Assembly: GCA_013001285.1 (NCBI GenBank)
Contig: JABDMU010000052.1
Coordinates: 2,714 to 66,713 of the forward strand
From: Flavobacteriaceae bacterium
Lineage (GTDB): Bacteria > Bacteroidota > Bacteroidia > Flavobacteriales > Flavobacteriaceae
Length of the DNA: 64,000 nt
Direction of reading: 5' to 3'
The position numbers and the translations under genes are program-made. The notes under the pieces are model-generated. The model made no database searches, was not told the origin of the DNA, and worked only from the letters and a program-made list of their open reading frames with translations. How positions within the stretch are numbered: the first letter of the stretch is position 1; every line of letters begins with the position of its first letter. Below are positions 48,401 to 58,902 of the stretch, one piece after another.

Positions 48401-48724
48401 TGCAGTTACAACTACCTCTTCTAATACAGCAACATCCTCTTCAAGAGTAACATTGATCGTATTAGCAGATCCTACTGTTTGCTCTTGAGAGACGTAACCT
48501 ACGAAAGAGAATACAAGCACATCGCCAGCATTGGCAGTGATGCTATATTTTCCATCGAAATCAGTCTGAGTACCAGTAGATGTACCTTTAACTATAATAT
48601 TAACTCCAGGAAGTGCACCCATTGCATCGGTCACAGTACCTGAAATTGTTTTGCCTTGTGCAAAGGTAAATTGCACAACAAACGCCAGTAATAGCGTTAA
48701 AATTCCACTAAACTTTGTTTTCAT
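45452..48724 (-). CDS. SusC/RagA-family TonB-linked outer-membrane transporter
   Basis: Signal peptide, carboxypeptidase-regulatory-like N-terminal extension, VVVTAQGIKREKKALGY plug start, large barrel, C-terminal SIKASF. Confidence 0.92.
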   Translation of the reverse strand: MKTKFSGILTLLLAFVVQFTFAQGKTISGTVTDAMGALPGVNIIVKGTSTGTQTDFDGKYSITANAGDVLVFSFVGYVSQEQTVGSANTINVTLEEDVAVLEEVVVTAQGIKREKKALGYAVSEVSSDDIEQRTEGDVARVLSGKASGVQITSQSGTSGSATNVVIRGYNSINGSNQALFVVDGVPFSSDTNAQGNFLNGNVGSSRFLDLDPNNIESVNVLKGLAAATLYGTAGRNGVIVITTKSGAAGSAGPKKTEITVSQSYFVNEMASLPDYQNQYGGGFDQSFGWFFSNWGPAFAADGVDGYLNDPAGAIDANGTVLHPYASSAFLNPNGPSTGTSILAQQFAGQRYDWRPYDSVGEFFRSGGVSNSSINIRGASNDGNISYNVNYGHLDEKGFTPGNKIVRNTLSVGGRAKLSNKFTINASLNFSRNDVVSPPVAASRGNGTLGWSTFGNVFFTPRNVDLMGLPFEIPENGGSIYYRNGNDIINPRWSVKNAQNGQLTNRVFGTASLTYDFNDNLNLTYRAGVDFYNERNQAHSNKNGVNFNNAIFGFLNTWDNNVRIWDHYVSLGGNYDLTSDQKLGLTFTAGATSRSRVFDQQGVASTGQIVFGVLRHFNFQNQLPIQGLTERNIVGVFGEASFDWDNFAFLTVSARNDWVSNLPTENNNKFYPSISASFLPTAAFDGLKSDNGLNYLKIRAGIGQSAGFPTGYPSVNTVNQSTQVNGGLVGGSGGIVTNSVSNFQANPDLKPELISEFEVGFDARAWNNRINVSVSYFDRTTEDLIVFKPLAPSTGFTQTQENIGKVEGDGWEVDLGVDIFDNDGDGFNWNSRLNFTKSEQIVTEQDDDQILFAGSTNPVLGANAAIEGEQLGVLVGTRIARDADGNFLVNASGSYVSESNIVLPDGRSITPIIGNPNPDYVMNFINSLSYKNFNLGFQISHTKGGDISSATVATLLGRGLIVTDRKNTFILPGVQQSTGLPNETQINNSQFYFSNVLFGPKELTVYDGSVVRLQEISLGYSFSEKFLDKTPFGTLSITASGFNLWYDAYNTPDRANFDPNVAGVGVGNGRGFDYLNGPSSKRYGLSIKASF

Positions 48725-48843
48725 TTTATAATTTATTTGAATTAGTCTACGCCAAAAATCATAATAAAAAGTTAATAAAACAATATTTATTGGTTAAAAT
48801 TTCATTTTTTTTTCTGCTTAGCTGTTGTATGCCAACCGTTTTT

Positions 48844-50535
48844 TTAAAATAGTGCATTCAGGCTCAGATGTATTTTAGAATTTGAGAGCTTGAAGTTTTG
48901 TCCCTCAAATTTTCCATTGGCATAGTTGAATTTCAATAAGCCAGCTTTCGTCAAAATCCCAAAACCAAATCCAAAGCCAAAAAGTTTTTCTTTTGAATTG
49001 ATGATGTCATTTTCTAAATAGCCGAAATCAAGAATTGAATGCGCATAAATCGTTGGATTCAATTGATATCTATATTCCGTATTGATGACACCAAAAAGGG
49101 AAGCCAATAAACTGTTTTCTTCAAAGCCGCGAATAGAATTGATGCCACCAAATCGCAAGAGTTCGTTTTCGAAGTAAGTAGACGAACTCATGCCGCTACC
49201 CGTTAATCGCAAGAAGATGCTGTTCTTTAAATTTAGATTGAAAATATTAAACGCCCGCAAATCAAATATCTGTTGATCCTCTTTGGTATTCATGTGTTCC
49301 CGTTGGCCAAACCCCAGAGCTGTATTTAATTTGAATTTTTCAGGGAATAATAAATTTCGATATTGTGGCTGTACCCATTGGTACTTTAAAGTATAGAAAG
49401 TTGAACTAAGGTCTTGAATATTGAAAGCATCCGTTTCCAATAAATTATTTGATTGCAGGGCATTAATGCCAATGGCAATACGATGATTGCTATTGAGTTG
49501 ATAGTAGATATCTGCATTTTGACTCACGGTCGTAAAAGAAGAATCTCTTTTAAAAATAGATAAACCGAGTTCTGCACCAATGGCGGTTCCAAATAAATAG
49601 GGTGTGTCAACTTGAGCATTAAATGTTTTTTGATCATTTTCATCACTCTTATATTGCAAATTAAAGGTCTCCCCAAAATTCAAACTGTTGGTCAAATTTA
49701 AATTTAGGTAGCCGTCAAATTCCAATTTGTTGGTTTCTTCGTTTGTGCCAAAACCTAAAAAGCCATCAAAAGTATTGCTCTTCACTTTTTCGATATAAAA
49801 ATAAAGTGTTGTCGAATCTCTTGTAAATAAAACTTCTGGCGAACGGGTTTCATTCGCAAATCTCAAGGCATTGAGACGCTCGGTTTTTTTCTTTATTGTG
49901 GCTAAGTTAAAATTAGAATTTTTCTTGATCCGGAGATAATGTTTCAAAAATGATCTTGGAAATTTTTCATAGCCTTTTATGACAATGCCGTCTATGGTTC
50001 GTTTTTTATTTTTGGTGATCTGCAATTCGGCTTTTAAATTATCCTCATCTTTTTTTTCTAGTCGAATTAATTTAAGGGAAGCAAAAGGTTGTCCTCTTTC
50101 TATGATGAGTTCGTTTAAATATCTGAGAGCCTCTTCAGTCTGCGAAATAGGAATTGAAAAATAACCTTCTGAAACCTCCGTAGAAATCATATTTAATTCT
50201 TGCTCTGAAAAGCTGTTTTCTGGGGTATTTATATATATGGTGTCATATTTTCTATTTAAAGCGAATTTTGAACTGAATGTTGAGTCATTAATTTTTTCGG
50301 TTTTTTCAATCCGATTTTCGATATAACCAAGATGTTGAAGCCTAAAATGAGTGCTGTCAATTTCCTTTTGAAGCGATTTATAATCCTTAAACACCTTTTT
50401 GTAGTTCAATGAATCGATCACTTGAGTTTCAGTTACATCATGCCCTTGGATAGAGAGATACAGGTTTTGGGCGCAAAGTATTGGGCCTGTAAGAATTATA
50501 AATATGAAAAGGACTTCAATTTTTGGAACCTTCAA
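48844..50535 (-). CDS. Omp85-superfamily (POTRA plus beta-barrel) outer-membrane protein
   Basis: Signal peptide, POTRA-like N-terminal repeats, aromatic-rich alternating strands, terminal LNALF. The apparent start is TTG (no in-frame ATG near the N-terminus). Confidence 0.5.
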   Translation of the reverse strand: MKVPKIEVLFIFIILTGPILCAQNLYLSIQGHDVTETQVIDSLNYKKVFKDYKSLQKEIDSTHFRLQHLGYIENRIEKTEKINDSTFSSKFALNRKYDTIYINTPENSFSEQELNMISTEVSEGYFSIPISQTEEALRYLNELIIERGQPFASLKLIRLEKKDEDNLKAELQITKNKKRTIDGIVIKGYEKFPRSFLKHYLRIKKNSNFNLATIKKKTERLNALRFANETRSPEVLFTRDSTTLYFYIEKVKSNTFDGFLGFGTNEETNKLEFDGYLNLNLTNSLNFGETFNLQYKSDENDQKTFNAQVDTPYLFGTAIGAELGLSIFKRDSSFTTVSQNADIYYQLNSNHRIAIGINALQSNNLLETDAFNIQDLSSTFYTLKYQWVQPQYRNLLFPEKFKLNTALGFGQREHMNTKEDQQIFDLRAFNIFNLNLKNSIFLRLTGSGMSSSTYFENELLRFGGINSIRGFEENSLLASLFGVINTEYRYQLNPTIYAHSILDFGYLENDIINSKEKLFGFGFGFGILTKAGLLKFNYANGKFEGQNFKLSNSKIHLSLNALF

Positions 50536-50633
50536 ATCTGCTTGTTTTCGGAATAAAACTAACGCATTTTAAACATAAATAATATATGGAGTAAATTAAT
50601 TTTCAGTTTGACTGCAAATTTACGGTTGTAACA

Positions 50634-50664
50634 TTTGAATTATTGATATTAATTTCTACCTTTG
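50634..50664 (+). promoter_or_regulatory. Bacteroidota sigma-A promoter of the ribosomal protein supercluster
   Basis: TTTG (-33) at 50634-50637, a 19-nt spacer, then tacctttg (TAnnTTTG -7 box) at 50657-50664. This sits 45 nt upstream of rpsL. Confidence 0.5.
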
Positions 50665-50709
50665 CAGCCCTCTAACAAGAGGGTTTTATAAAAATAGGAT
50701 AAAAATAAT

Positions 50710-51084
50710 ATGCCAACAATTTCACAATTAGTACGAAAAGGAAGAGCCAAAATAACCAAGAAGAGTAAATCGGCTGCTTTAGATTCGTGTCCTCAAAGAC
50801 GAGGAGTGTGCACGCGTGTATATACCACTACGCCTAAGAAACCTAACTCTGCAATGCGTAAAGTTGCAAGGGTAAGGTTAACTAATGGTAATGAGGTGAA
50901 CGCTTACATTCCTGGTGAAGGACATAATTTACAAGAGCACTCGATAGTATTGGTTAGAGGTGGAAGGGTAAAAGATTTGCCAGGTGTTAGATATCACATT
51001 GTTCGTGGCGCTTTAGACACCGCTGGTGTTGAAGGAAGAACACAACGTAGATCTAAGTATGGTGCAAAACGCCCTAAGAAGTAA
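50710..51084 (+). CDS. rpsL: 30S ribosomal protein S12
   Basis: [12 protein letters not shown]... is highly conserved. Confidence 0.98.
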   Translation: MPTISQLVRKGRAKITKKSKSAALDSCPQRRGVCTRVYTTTPKKPNSAMRKVARVRLTNGNEVNAYIPGEGHNLQEHSIVLVRGGRVKDLPGVRYHIVRGALDTAGVEGRTQRRSKYGAKRPKK

Positions 51085-51105
51085 TTAACACTTTAAAAAG
51101 AAGAC

Positions 51106-51582
51106 ATGAGAAAAAGACAGGCAAAAAAGAGACCTATTTTACCAGATCCAAGATTTAATGATCAACTTGTGACACGTTTCGTGAACATGATGATGTGGGA
51201 TGGTAAGAAATCGGTTGCCTTCAAATGTTTCTATGATGCAATTGACATTGTAGAAGAAAAAAAGAATGACGATGAAAAAACAGCATTAGAGATATGGAAG
51301 GATGCACTTTCAAATGTGATGCCTCACGTAGAAGTACGTAGCCGTCGTGTTGGTGGAGCAACATTCCAAATTCCAATGCAAATTCGTCCAGACCGTAAAA
51401 TTTCAACTGCTATGAAATGGCTTATCAGCTTTTCTAGAAAAAGAAATGAAAAATCAATGGCACAAAAATTAGCGGCTGAAGTATTAGCAGCAGCAAAAGA
51501 AGAAGGTGCAGCAGTTAAAAAGAGAGTAGATACTCATAAAATGGCTGAGGCCAATAAAGCATTCTCACACTTTAGATTTTAA
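51106..51582 (+). CDS. rpsG: 30S ribosomal protein S7
   Basis: Conserved S7 sequence and gene order. Confidence 0.97.
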   Translation: MRKRQAKKRPILPDPRFNDQLVTRFVNMMMWDGKKSVAFKCFYDAIDIVEEKKNDDEKTALEIWKDALSNVMPHVEVRSRRVGGATFQIPMQIRPDRKISTAMKWLISFSRKRNEKSMAQKLAAEVLAAAKEEGAAVKKRVDTHKMAEANKAFSHFRF

Positions 51583-51588
51583 GAAACT

Positions 51589-53718
51589 ATGGCAAGAGAT
51601 TTAAAATATACAAGAAATATAGGAATTGCTGCTCATATCGATGCTGGTAAAACAACAACTACTGAGCGTATTCTTTACTATACAGGTGTATCTCACAAAA
51701 TTGGTGAAGTACATGATGGTGCAGCAACCATGGACTGGATGGAGCAAGAGCAAGAAAGAGGTATTACAATTACTTCTGCAGCGACGACATGTACATGGAA
51801 CTTCCCATTAGAAAATGGAGAAGCTACACCTGAAACCAAAGGGTATCACTTTAATATTATTGATACTCCTGGTCACGTTGATTTTACCGTTGAAGTAAAT
51901 CGTTCGTTACGTGTACTTGATGGCTTGGTCTTCTTATTTAGTGCTGTTGATGGTGTTGAGCCTCAATCTGAAACTAACTGGAGACTTGCTGATAACTATA
52001 AAGTACCTCGTATTGGATTCGTCAATAAAATGGACCGTCAAGGGTCTAATTTTATGGCAGTTTGTCAACAAGTAAAAGATATGTTGAAGTCAAATGCTGT
52101 GCCAATCGTTTTAAATATTGGTGATGAAGCTGACTTTAAAGGTATTGTTGACCTAGTAAAAAACAGAGCTATCATTTGGCATGATGAAACTCAGGGTGCA
52201 ACTTTTGATGTAGTTGAAATTCCAGAAGAGTTAAAAGCTGAAGCAAAAAAATACAGAGCCCTTCTTATTGAAGAAGTTGCTACTTATGATGAGAACCTTT
52301 TAGAAAAATTCATGGAAGATGAAGAATCTATAACAGAAGAAGAAGTGCATGCTGCACTTAGAGCTGCTGTAATGGATATGGCCATCATTCCAATGATCTG
52401 TGGTTCTGCATTCAAAAATAAAGGCGTACAATTTTTATTAGATGCTGTTTGTCGTTACCTACCATCTCCAACCGATAAGGAAGGAATTACTGGTATCAAC
52501 CCAGACACTGAAAAAGAAGAAATTCGTAAGCCAGATGTTAAGGAGCCTTTTGCTGCCTTAGCATTTAAAATTGCTACCGATCCATTCGTAGGTCGTTTGG
52601 CATTTTTCCGTGCATACTCAGGACGCTTAGATGCAGGTTCTTATATCTTGAACAACCGTTCAGGAAAAAAAGAACGTATCTCTCGTATCTATCAAATGCA
52701 CTCGAATAAGCAAAATGCCATCGACTATATTGAAGCTGGTGACATTGGTGCTGCTGTTGGATTTAAAGATATCAAGACTGGTGATACCATGACTGATGAA
52801 AAACATCCTATTGTATTAGAATCTATGGACTTCCCTGATCCTGTAATCGGTATCGCGGTTGAGCCTAAGACTAAGGCAGATGTTGATAAATTAGGAATGT
52901 CATTAGCAAAATTAGCTGAAGAAGATCCAACGTTTACAGTGAGAACTGATGAAGCTTCTGGACAGACTATTATTTCTGGAATGGGTGAGCTTCACTTAGA
53001 TATTATTGTTGATCGTTTGAGACGTGAGTTCAAGGTTGAAGTCAACCAAGGACAGCCTCAAGTTGAATACAAAGAAGCAATTACTCAAGTTGCAAAACAC
53101 AGAGAAGTTTATAAGAAACAATCTGGTGGACGTGGTAAATTCGCAGATATTGTATTTACAATCGAACCGGCTGAAGAAGGTAAAGACGGACTTGAATTCG
53201 TTTCTGAGATTAAAGGTGGTAATGTTCCGAAAGAATTTATCCCTTCAATTGAAAAAGGATTTAAAATGGCAATGATCAATGGACCATTGGCAGGATATGA
53301 AGTTGATGCTATGAAAGTAACATTGACGGATGGATCTTACCATGATGTGGATTCAGATCAGTTATCATTCGAATTGGCAGCTAAATTAGGATTTAAGAAT
53401 GCTGCAAAAGCTGCAAAAGCAGTGATTATGGAACCTATTATGAAACTTGAGGTGATCACACCTGAAGAAAACATGGGTGATATTGTAGGTGACCTTAACC
53501 GTCGAAGAGGACAAGTAAGTGACATGGGTGATCGTGCAGGAGCTAAAACTGTAAAAGCTACAGTGCCGCTTTCTGAAATGTTCGGTTATGTTACAACATT
53601 AAGAACCTTATCGTCTGGTAGAGCAACCTCTACTATGGAATTTTCACATTATGCCGAAACACCTTCAAATATTTCTGAAGAAGTGATTAAAGCAGCTAAA
53701 GGAGCAATTGAAGCTTAA
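51589..53718 (+). CDS. fusA: Elongation factor G
   Basis: [10 protein letters not shown]1, DTPGH G3, NKMD G4. Length 709 aa. Confidence 0.98.
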   Translation: MARDLKYTRNIGIAAHIDAGKTTTTERILYYTGVSHKIGEVHDGAATMDWMEQEQERGITITSAATTCTWNFPLENGEATPETKGYHFNIIDTPGHVDFTVEVNRSLRVLDGLVFLFSAVDGVEPQSETNWRLADNYKVPRIGFVNKMDRQGSNFMAVCQQVKDMLKSNAVPIVLNIGDEADFKGIVDLVKNRAIIWHDETQGATFDVVEIPEELKAEAKKYRALLIEEVATYDENLLEKFMEDEESITEEEVHAALRAAVMDMAIIPMICGSAFKNKGVQFLLDAVCRYLPSPTDKEGITGINPDTEKEEIRKPDVKEPFAALAFKIATDPFVGRLAFFRAYSGRLDAGSYILNNRSGKKERISRIYQMHSNKQNAIDYIEAGDIGAAVGFKDIKTGDTMTDEKHPIVLESMDFPDPVIGIAVEPKTKADVDKLGMSLAKLAEEDPTFTVRTDEASGQTIISGMGELHLDIIVDRLRREFKVEVNQGQPQVEYKEAITQVAKHREVYKKQSGGRGKFADIVFTIEPAEEGKDGLEFVSEIKGGNVPKEFIPSIEKGFKMAMINGPLAGYEVDAMKVTLTDGSYHDVDSDQLSFELAAKLGFKNAAKAAKAVIMEPIMKLEVITPEENMGDIVGDLNRRRGQVSDMGDRAGAKTVKATVPLSEMFGYVTTLRTLSSGRATSTMEFSHYAETPSNISEEVIKAAKGAIEA

Positions 53719-53729
53719 ATTTTAAGAAA

Positions 53730-54035
53730 ATGAGTCAAAAAATCAGGATAAAATTAAAGTCATACGATCACAACTTGGTAGATAAGTCTGCTGACAAGAT
53801 CGTGAAAACGGTAAAAAGTACTGGCGCTGTTGTTACAGGTCCAATTCCTTTACCAACACATAAGAAAATTTTTACTGTACTACGTTCACCACACGTAAAC
53901 AAGAAATCTCGAGAACAATTTCAATTGAGCTCTTACAAAAGATTACTTGACATATACAGTTCTTCTTCAAAAACAATTGATGCGTTGATGAAGTTAGAAT
54001 TGCCAAGTGGTGTAGAAGTAGAAATTAAAGTGTAA
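53730..54035 (+). CDS. rpsJ: 30S ribosomal protein S10
   Basis: [10 protein letters not shown]...GPIPLPT is conserved. Confidence 0.97.
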   Translation: MSQKIRIKLKSYDHNLVDKSADKIVKTVKSTGAVVTGPIPLPTHKKIFTVLRSPHVNKKSREQFQLSSYKRLLDIYSSSSKTIDALMKLELPSGVEVEIKV

Positions 54036-54110
54036 TTGAAAACTATATCGCCAAGGTAATCGAAGCGAAACATGTCCTGAGCCGCGAGCAAAGGAAAAAC
54101 GGATAAATAC

Positions 54111-54150
54111 ATTTCAGGGACGAAAGGTATTTTGTCCCTGAAATATTTTA
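54111..54150 (+). terminator. Intra-operon hairpin plus U-rich tail between rpsJ and rplC (terminator/attenuator-like)
   Basis: atttcagggac (54111-54121) pairs with gtccctgaaat (54134-54144) across a 12-nt loop, followed by atttta. Confidence 0.5.
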
Positions 54151-54178
54151 AATAAGTAATAACAATAAATTAATAATT

Positions 54179-54796
54179 ATGTCTGGGTTAATTGGAAAGA
54201 AAATCGGAATGACCAGCATCTTTGATGAGAACGGGAAAAATATTCCTTGTACTGTGATCGAAGCTGGACCATGCGTTGTAACCCAAGTCAGAACCGAGGA
54301 AACAGATGGCTATAATGCCGTTCAAATAGGTTTCGATGACAAGACAGAGAAACATGCTACAAAAGCTGAGTTAGGTCACGCTAAAAAAGCAGGTACTTCT
54401 GTAAAGAGAAAAGTCGTTGAGTTTCAAGGTTATGATGAGGAGTACAAATTAGGTGACGCTATTACAGTAGAGCACTTTATCGAAGGAGAATTTGTTGATG
54501 TTTCTGGAACATCAAAAGGAAAAGGATTTCAAGGTGTTGTTAAAAGACACGGTTTTGCCGGAGTTGGACAAGCAACTCACGGTCAACATAACCGTTTAAG
54601 AGCGCCAGGATCTATTGGAGCTGCATCATATCCTGCACGTGTCTTTAAAGGCATGAAAATGGCAGGCCGTATGGGTGGCGAAACAGTGAAAGTTCAAAAT
54701 TTAAGAGTTTTAAAAGTAGTTCCAGAAAAGAACTTACTTGTTGTTAAGGGAGCAGTTCCTGGACACAAAAACGCTTATGTAATTATTCAGAAGTAA
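54179..54796 (+). CDS. rplC: 50S ribosomal protein L3
   Basis: Conserved L3 sequence and gene order. Confidence 0.97.
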   Translation: MSGLIGKKIGMTSIFDENGKNIPCTVIEAGPCVVTQVRTEETDGYNAVQIGFDDKTEKHATKAELGHAKKAGTSVKRKVVEFQGYDEEYKLGDAITVEHFIEGEFVDVSGTSKGKGFQGVVKRHGFAGVGQATHGQHNRLRAPGSIGAASYPARVFKGMKMAGRMGGETVKVQNLRVLKVVPEKNLLVVKGAVPGHKNAYVIIQK

Positions 54797-55425
54797 TGAA
54801 GGTAGCAGTTTTAGACATTAAAGGAAAAGACACAGGTAGAAAGGTTGACCTTTCTAAAGAGGTGTATGCTATAGAGCCTAATAACCATGCAGTATACCTA
54901 GACGTGAAGCAATATCTTGCTAACCAACGTCAAGGAACGCATAAGGCTAAAGAAAGAGCTGATATTTCTGGAAGTACTAGAAAGATCAAAAAGCAAAAAG
55001 GAACAGGTACTGCCAGAGCTGGTAGTATCAAGTCTGGTATATTTAGAGGTGGTGGACGCATGTTTGGTCCAAGACCTAGAAATTATAGCTTCAAATTAAA
55101 CAAAAATGTTAAGCGTTTAGCTCGTAAATCGGCATTGACGATGAAGGCAAACGAGAAAGCAATTGTTGTTTTAGAGGACTTTAATTTTGACGCACCAAAG
55201 ACGAAAAATTTCAAAGCAATTTTAAAGGCATTAGACCTTGAAAACAAAAAGTCTTTGTTTGTGTTGGGTGGCTCAAATAATAATGTATATTTGTCGTCGC
55301 GCAATTTAAAAGGCTCTGAAGTTGTAACTAATTCAGAATTAAGTACTTACAAAATTTTGAATGCAAATCAGATTGTGCTTTTAGAAAGTGCTATAGAAGG
55401 AATTGAATCGAATTTAAGTAAATAG
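54796..55425 (+). CDS. rplD: 50S ribosomal protein L4
   Basis: Conserved L4 sequence. The start overlaps the rplC stop. Confidence 0.96.
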   Translation: MKVAVLDIKGKDTGRKVDLSKEVYAIEPNNHAVYLDVKQYLANQRQGTHKAKERADISGSTRKIKKQKGTGTARAGSIKSGIFRGGGRMFGPRPRNYSFKLNKNVKRLARKSALTMKANEKAIVVLEDFNFDAPKTKNFKAILKALDLENKKSLFVLGGSNNNVYLSSRNLKGSEVVTNSELSTYKILNANQIVLLESAIEGIESNLSK

Positions 55426-55431
55426 AGAACC

Positions 55432-55722
55432 ATGAGTATCTTAATCAAACCGATAATCACAGAAAAAGCAACTATGGATAGTGAGTTAAACAACTGCTAT
55501 AGTTTCTTGGTGAATACGAATGCGAACAAGATAGAAATCAAAGGTGCAGTTGAAGCTGCATACGGTGTTTCTGTTGAAAAAGTTCGTACAATAAATGTCC
55601 GTCCAAATAGAAGAACACGTCATACAAAGACGGGAATTCAAGTTGGTAAAACAAATGCGACTAAAAAAGCAATTGTACAACTGGCGGAAGGTGAAACGAT
55701 TGATTTATATGCTAATATTTAA
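55432..55722 (+). CDS. rplW: 50S ribosomal protein L23
   Basis: Conserved sequence and gene order. Confidence 0.95.
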   Translation: MSILIKPIITEKATMDSELNNCYSFLVNTNANKIEIKGAVEAAYGVSVEKVRTINVRPNRRTRHTKTGIQVGKTNATKKAIVQLAEGETIDLYANI

Positions 55723-55732
55723 TTAGACAAAC

Positions 55733-56557
55733 ATGTCAGTAAGAAAGTTAAAACCGATCACACCAGGACAGCGATTTAGAGTAGTAAATGGATTTGACGC
55801 CATTACTACTGATAAGCCGGAGAAGAGTTTATTAGCTCCGAAAAAACGTTCAGGTGGTAGAAACAGTCAAGGAAAAATGACCATGCGTTACAAAGGTGGT
55901 GGTCATAAGAAAAGGTATCGTATTATCGATTTCAAGCGTAATAAATCTGGAATTCCAGCCGAAGTTATGTCTATTGAATACGATCCAAACAGAACAGCTT
56001 TTATCGCTTTATTGAATTATCAAGATGGTGAAAAGCGTTACATCGTAGCTCAGAATGGGTTGCAGGTAGGGCAAAACGTTGTTTCTGGTGAAGAGGTTGC
56101 TCCTGAAATAGGAAATGCAATGACGTTAAAAAACATTCCGTTAGGTACTATTATTTCATGTATTGAGCTACGTCCGGGACAAGGTGCTGTTTTAGCGCGT
56201 TCGGCAGGAGCCTTTGCACAATTAATGGCAAGAGATGGAAAGTTTGCAACCGTAAAATTACCTTCAGGGGAAACGCGATTGATCTTAGCTGACTGTTTAG
56301 CTACTATTGGTGTTGTTTCCAATTCAGATCATCAGTTATTGGTGTCTGGTAAAGCTGGTAGAAGCAGATGGTTAGGAAGACGTCCAAGAACAAGACCAGT
56401 AGTGATGAACCCGGTCGATCATCCAATGGGTGGTGGTGAAGGAAAATCATCTGGAGGACATCCACGTTCTAGAAATGGTATACCTGCTAAAGGTTACAGA
56501 ACCCGTTCTAAAACAAAAGCGAGTAATAAATATATTGTAGAACGTAGAAAGAAATAA
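55733..56557 (+). CDS. rplB: 50S ribosomal protein L2
   Basis: Conserved L2 sequence ([22 protein letters not shown]). Confidence 0.98.
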   Translation: MSVRKLKPITPGQRFRVVNGFDAITTDKPEKSLLAPKKRSGGRNSQGKMTMRYKGGGHKKRYRIIDFKRNKSGIPAEVMSIEYDPNRTAFIALLNYQDGEKRYIVAQNGLQVGQNVVSGEEVAPEIGNAMTLKNIPLGTIISCIELRPGQGAVLARSAGAFAQLMARDGKFATVKLPSGETRLILADCLATIGVVSNSDHQLLVSGKAGRSRWLGRRPRTRPVVMNPVDHPMGGGEGKSSGGHPRSRNGIPAKGYRTRSKTKASNKYIVERRKK

Positions 56558-56563
56558 GAAATC

Positions 56564-56842
56564 ATGGCAAGATCATTAAAAAAAGGACCTTACGTTCATT
56601 ATAAGTTAGAAAGAAAAGTCGCTGCAAATGTTGATTCAAACAAAAAGACGGTAATCAAAACCTGGTCAAGAGCCAGTATGATTACTCCAGATTTTGTGGG
56701 ACAAACTATAGCAGTTCATAATGGCCGTCAATTTGTTCCGGTATATGTTACTGAGAACATGGTAGGTCATAAATTAGGAGAATTTTCACCAACTCGATCT
56801 TTTAGAGGTCACGCTGGTGCTAAAAATAAAGGTAAAAAGTAG
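56564..56842 (+). CDS. rpsS: 30S ribosomal protein S19
   Basis: [11 protein letters not shown]... is conserved. Confidence 0.97.
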   Translation: MARSLKKGPYVHYKLERKVAANVDSNKKTVIKTWSRASMITPDFVGQTIAVHNGRQFVPVYVTENMVGHKLGEFSPTRSFRGHAGAKNKGKK

Positions 56843-56848
56843 AACGCT

Positions 56849-57259
56849 ATGGGAAGTCGTAAAAAACAAATGGCCGACGCTTTAAAGGAAAGCAAGAAAC
56901 AAGTGGCTTTTGCAAAATTGAACAATTGTCCAACCTCACCTAGAAAAATGCGATTGGTTGCAGATCAGGTTAGAGGACAACAAATTGAAAAGGCACTTAA
57001 TATCTTAAAATTTAGTCCTAAAGAAGCATCTCGTCGCTTAGAGAAATTGTTGTTATCAGCAATTGCTAACTGGCAAGCAAAAAATGAGGATGCTAATGTA
57101 GAAGAGGCTGAATTATTTGTAAAGGAGATCAGAGTTGATGGTGGTACAATGCTTAAAAGATTGCGCCCAGCACCTCAAGGTCGTGCACACAGAATTAGAA
57201 AAAGATCCAATCACGTTACTGTGGTTTTAGGAGCTAACAATAACACAGAAAGCAATTAA
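56849..57259 (+). CDS. rplV: 50S ribosomal protein L22
   Basis: Conserved sequence and gene order. Confidence 0.95.
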   Translation: MGSRKKQMADALKESKKQVAFAKLNNCPTSPRKMRLVADQVRGQQIEKALNILKFSPKEASRRLEKLLLSAIANWQAKNEDANVEEAELFVKEIRVDGGTMLKRLRPAPQGRAHRIRKRSNHVTVVLGANNNTESN

Positions 57260-57263
57260 ATAA

Positions 57264-57983
57264 ATGGGACAAAAGACAAATCCAATTGGAAATCGCTTAG
57301 GAATTATCAGAGGATGGGAATCTAACTGGTATGGCGGTAATGATTATGGTGACAAGCTTGCTGAAGATGATAAGATCAGAAAGTATGTTCACGCTCGTTT
57401 ATCGAAAGCTAGTGTATCGAGAGTAATCATCGAAAGAACACTTAAACTTGTAACCGTTACTATCACAACGGCTCGCCCAGGTATCATTATTGGTAAAGGC
57501 GGTCAAGAGGTAGACAAGTTAAAAGAAGAGCTTAAAAAGATTACAAATAAAGAAGTTCAGTTAAACATCTTTGAAATTAAACGCCCAGAATTAGACGCTT
57601 ATTTAGTAGCATCAAGTGTTGCACGTCAGATCGAAAATCGTATTTCATACAAGCGTGCGATCAAAATGGCAATTGCAGCAGCGATGCGTATGAATGCTGA
57701 AGGGATCAAAATTCAAATTAGCGGTCGTTTAAATGGTGCTGAAATGGCACGTAGTGAACACTATAAAGATGGACGAATTCCTTTATCAACGTTTAGAGCC
57801 GATATTGATTATGCTTTAGTTGAGGCACATACTACTTATGGTAGATTAGGTGTTAAAGTATGGATCATGAAAGGTGAAGTATATGGTAAAAGAGAACTTT
57901 CTCCGCTTGTTGGATTATCTAAGAAGCAAGGAAAAGGTGGACGTGGTAGAGATAATAAGAATCAATCTCGTCGTAGAAAGTAA
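57264..57983 (+). CDS. rpsC: 30S ribosomal protein S3
   Basis: [13 protein letters not shown]... KH domain. Confidence 0.98.
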   Translation: MGQKTNPIGNRLGIIRGWESNWYGGNDYGDKLAEDDKIRKYVHARLSKASVSRVIIERTLKLVTVTITTARPGIIIGKGGQEVDKLKEELKKITNKEVQLNIFEIKRPELDAYLVASSVARQIENRISYKRAIKMAIAAAMRMNAEGIKIQISGRLNGAEMARSEHYKDGRIPLSTFRADIDYALVEAHTTYGRLGVKVWIMKGEVYGKRELSPLVGLSKKQGKGGRGRDNKNQSRRRK

Positions 57984-58002
57984 TTTTTTAAATTAAAGAG
58001 AA

Positions 58003-58422
58003 ATGTTACAACCTAAAAGAACAAAATACCGCAAGGTTCAAAAAGGACGCATGAAAGGAAATTCTGGAAGAGGGCATAGACTTTCTAACGGAATGTTTGG
58101 AATCAAATCATTGGAATCCAATTTCCTAACATCACGTCAAATTGAAGCCGCACGTATTGCAGCAACGCGTTATATGAAAAGGGAAGGGCAATTATGGATC
58201 AAAATATTTCCAGATAAGCCTATCACCAAAAAGCCGCTTGAAGTACGTATGGGTAAAGGTAAGGGTGCAGTTGAGTATTGGGCTGCAGTAGTAAAACCTG
58301 GAAGAATATTATTTGAAGTTGGTGGTGTGCCATTAGACGTTGCTAAAGAAGCATTGCGTTTGGCCGCTCAAAAACTTCCTGTGAAAACTAAGTTTTTAAT
58401 AGCTAGAGATTACGAAGCTTAA
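58003..58422 (+). CDS. rplP: 50S ribosomal protein L16
   Basis: [11 protein letters not shown]... is conserved. Confidence 0.98.
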   Translation: MLQPKRTKYRKVQKGRMKGNSGRGHRLSNGMFGIKSLESNFLTSRQIEAARIAATRYMKREGQLWIKIFPDKPITKKPLEVRMGKGKGAVEYWAAVVKPGRILFEVGGVPLDVAKEALRLAAQKLPVKTKFLIARDYEA

Positions 58423-58433
58423 TAATTGATATT

Positions 58434-58625
58434 ATGAAACAATCTGAAGTGAAAAGCCTATCAACAGCTGAATTACAAGAAAAGCTTGGTGAGACAAAAC
58501 AAAGTTATGCTGACCTGAAAATGGCGCATGCAATATCACCTCTTGAAAATCCAGTTCAGCTTCGTTCGGTTAGAAGAACGATCGCTAGAATTGCAACAGA
58601 GTTAACAAATAGAGAAGTACAATAA
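58434..58625 (+). CDS. rpmC: 50S ribosomal protein L29
   Basis: Size, sequence and gene order. Confidence 0.93.
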   Translation: MKQSEVKSLSTAELQEKLGETKQSYADLKMAHAISPLENPVQLRSVRRTIARIATELTNREVQ

Positions 58626-58642
58626 GTGTATTCTGCTGAAAG

Positions 58643-58900
58643 ATGGAAAAAAGAAATTTAAGAAAAGAACGTATAGGAATTGTTACTAGTAACAAAATGA
58701 TGAAATCAATTGTTGTTGCTGAAGTAAAAAAAGTAAAGCATCCTATGTATGGAAAGTTCGTGTTAAAGACAAAGAAATATGTCGCACACGACGAAACAAA
58801 TGACTGTAACATTGGAGATACAGTAAAGATCATGGAAACACGACCTTTAAGTAAATCTAAATGTTGGAGATTAGTCGAAATAATTGAAAGAGCTAAGTAA
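58643..58900 (+). CDS. rpsQ: 30S ribosomal protein S17
   Basis: Conserved sequence and gene order. Confidence 0.95.
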   Translation: MEKRNLRKERIGIVTSNKMMKSIVVAEVKKVKHPMYGKFVLKTKKYVAHDETNDCNIGDTVKIMETRPLSKSKCWRLVEIIERAK

Positions 58901-58902
58901 TT

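Noticed and set aside
50668-50687. Hairpin ccctct-aaca-agaggg plus TTTT just upstream of rpsL, a possible leader attenuator.
   Set aside because: It begins only about 4 nt after the predicted -7 box. The transcription start would therefore probably fall inside the 5' arm, and the 6-bp stem is short. This is not enough to call a regulatory RNA.
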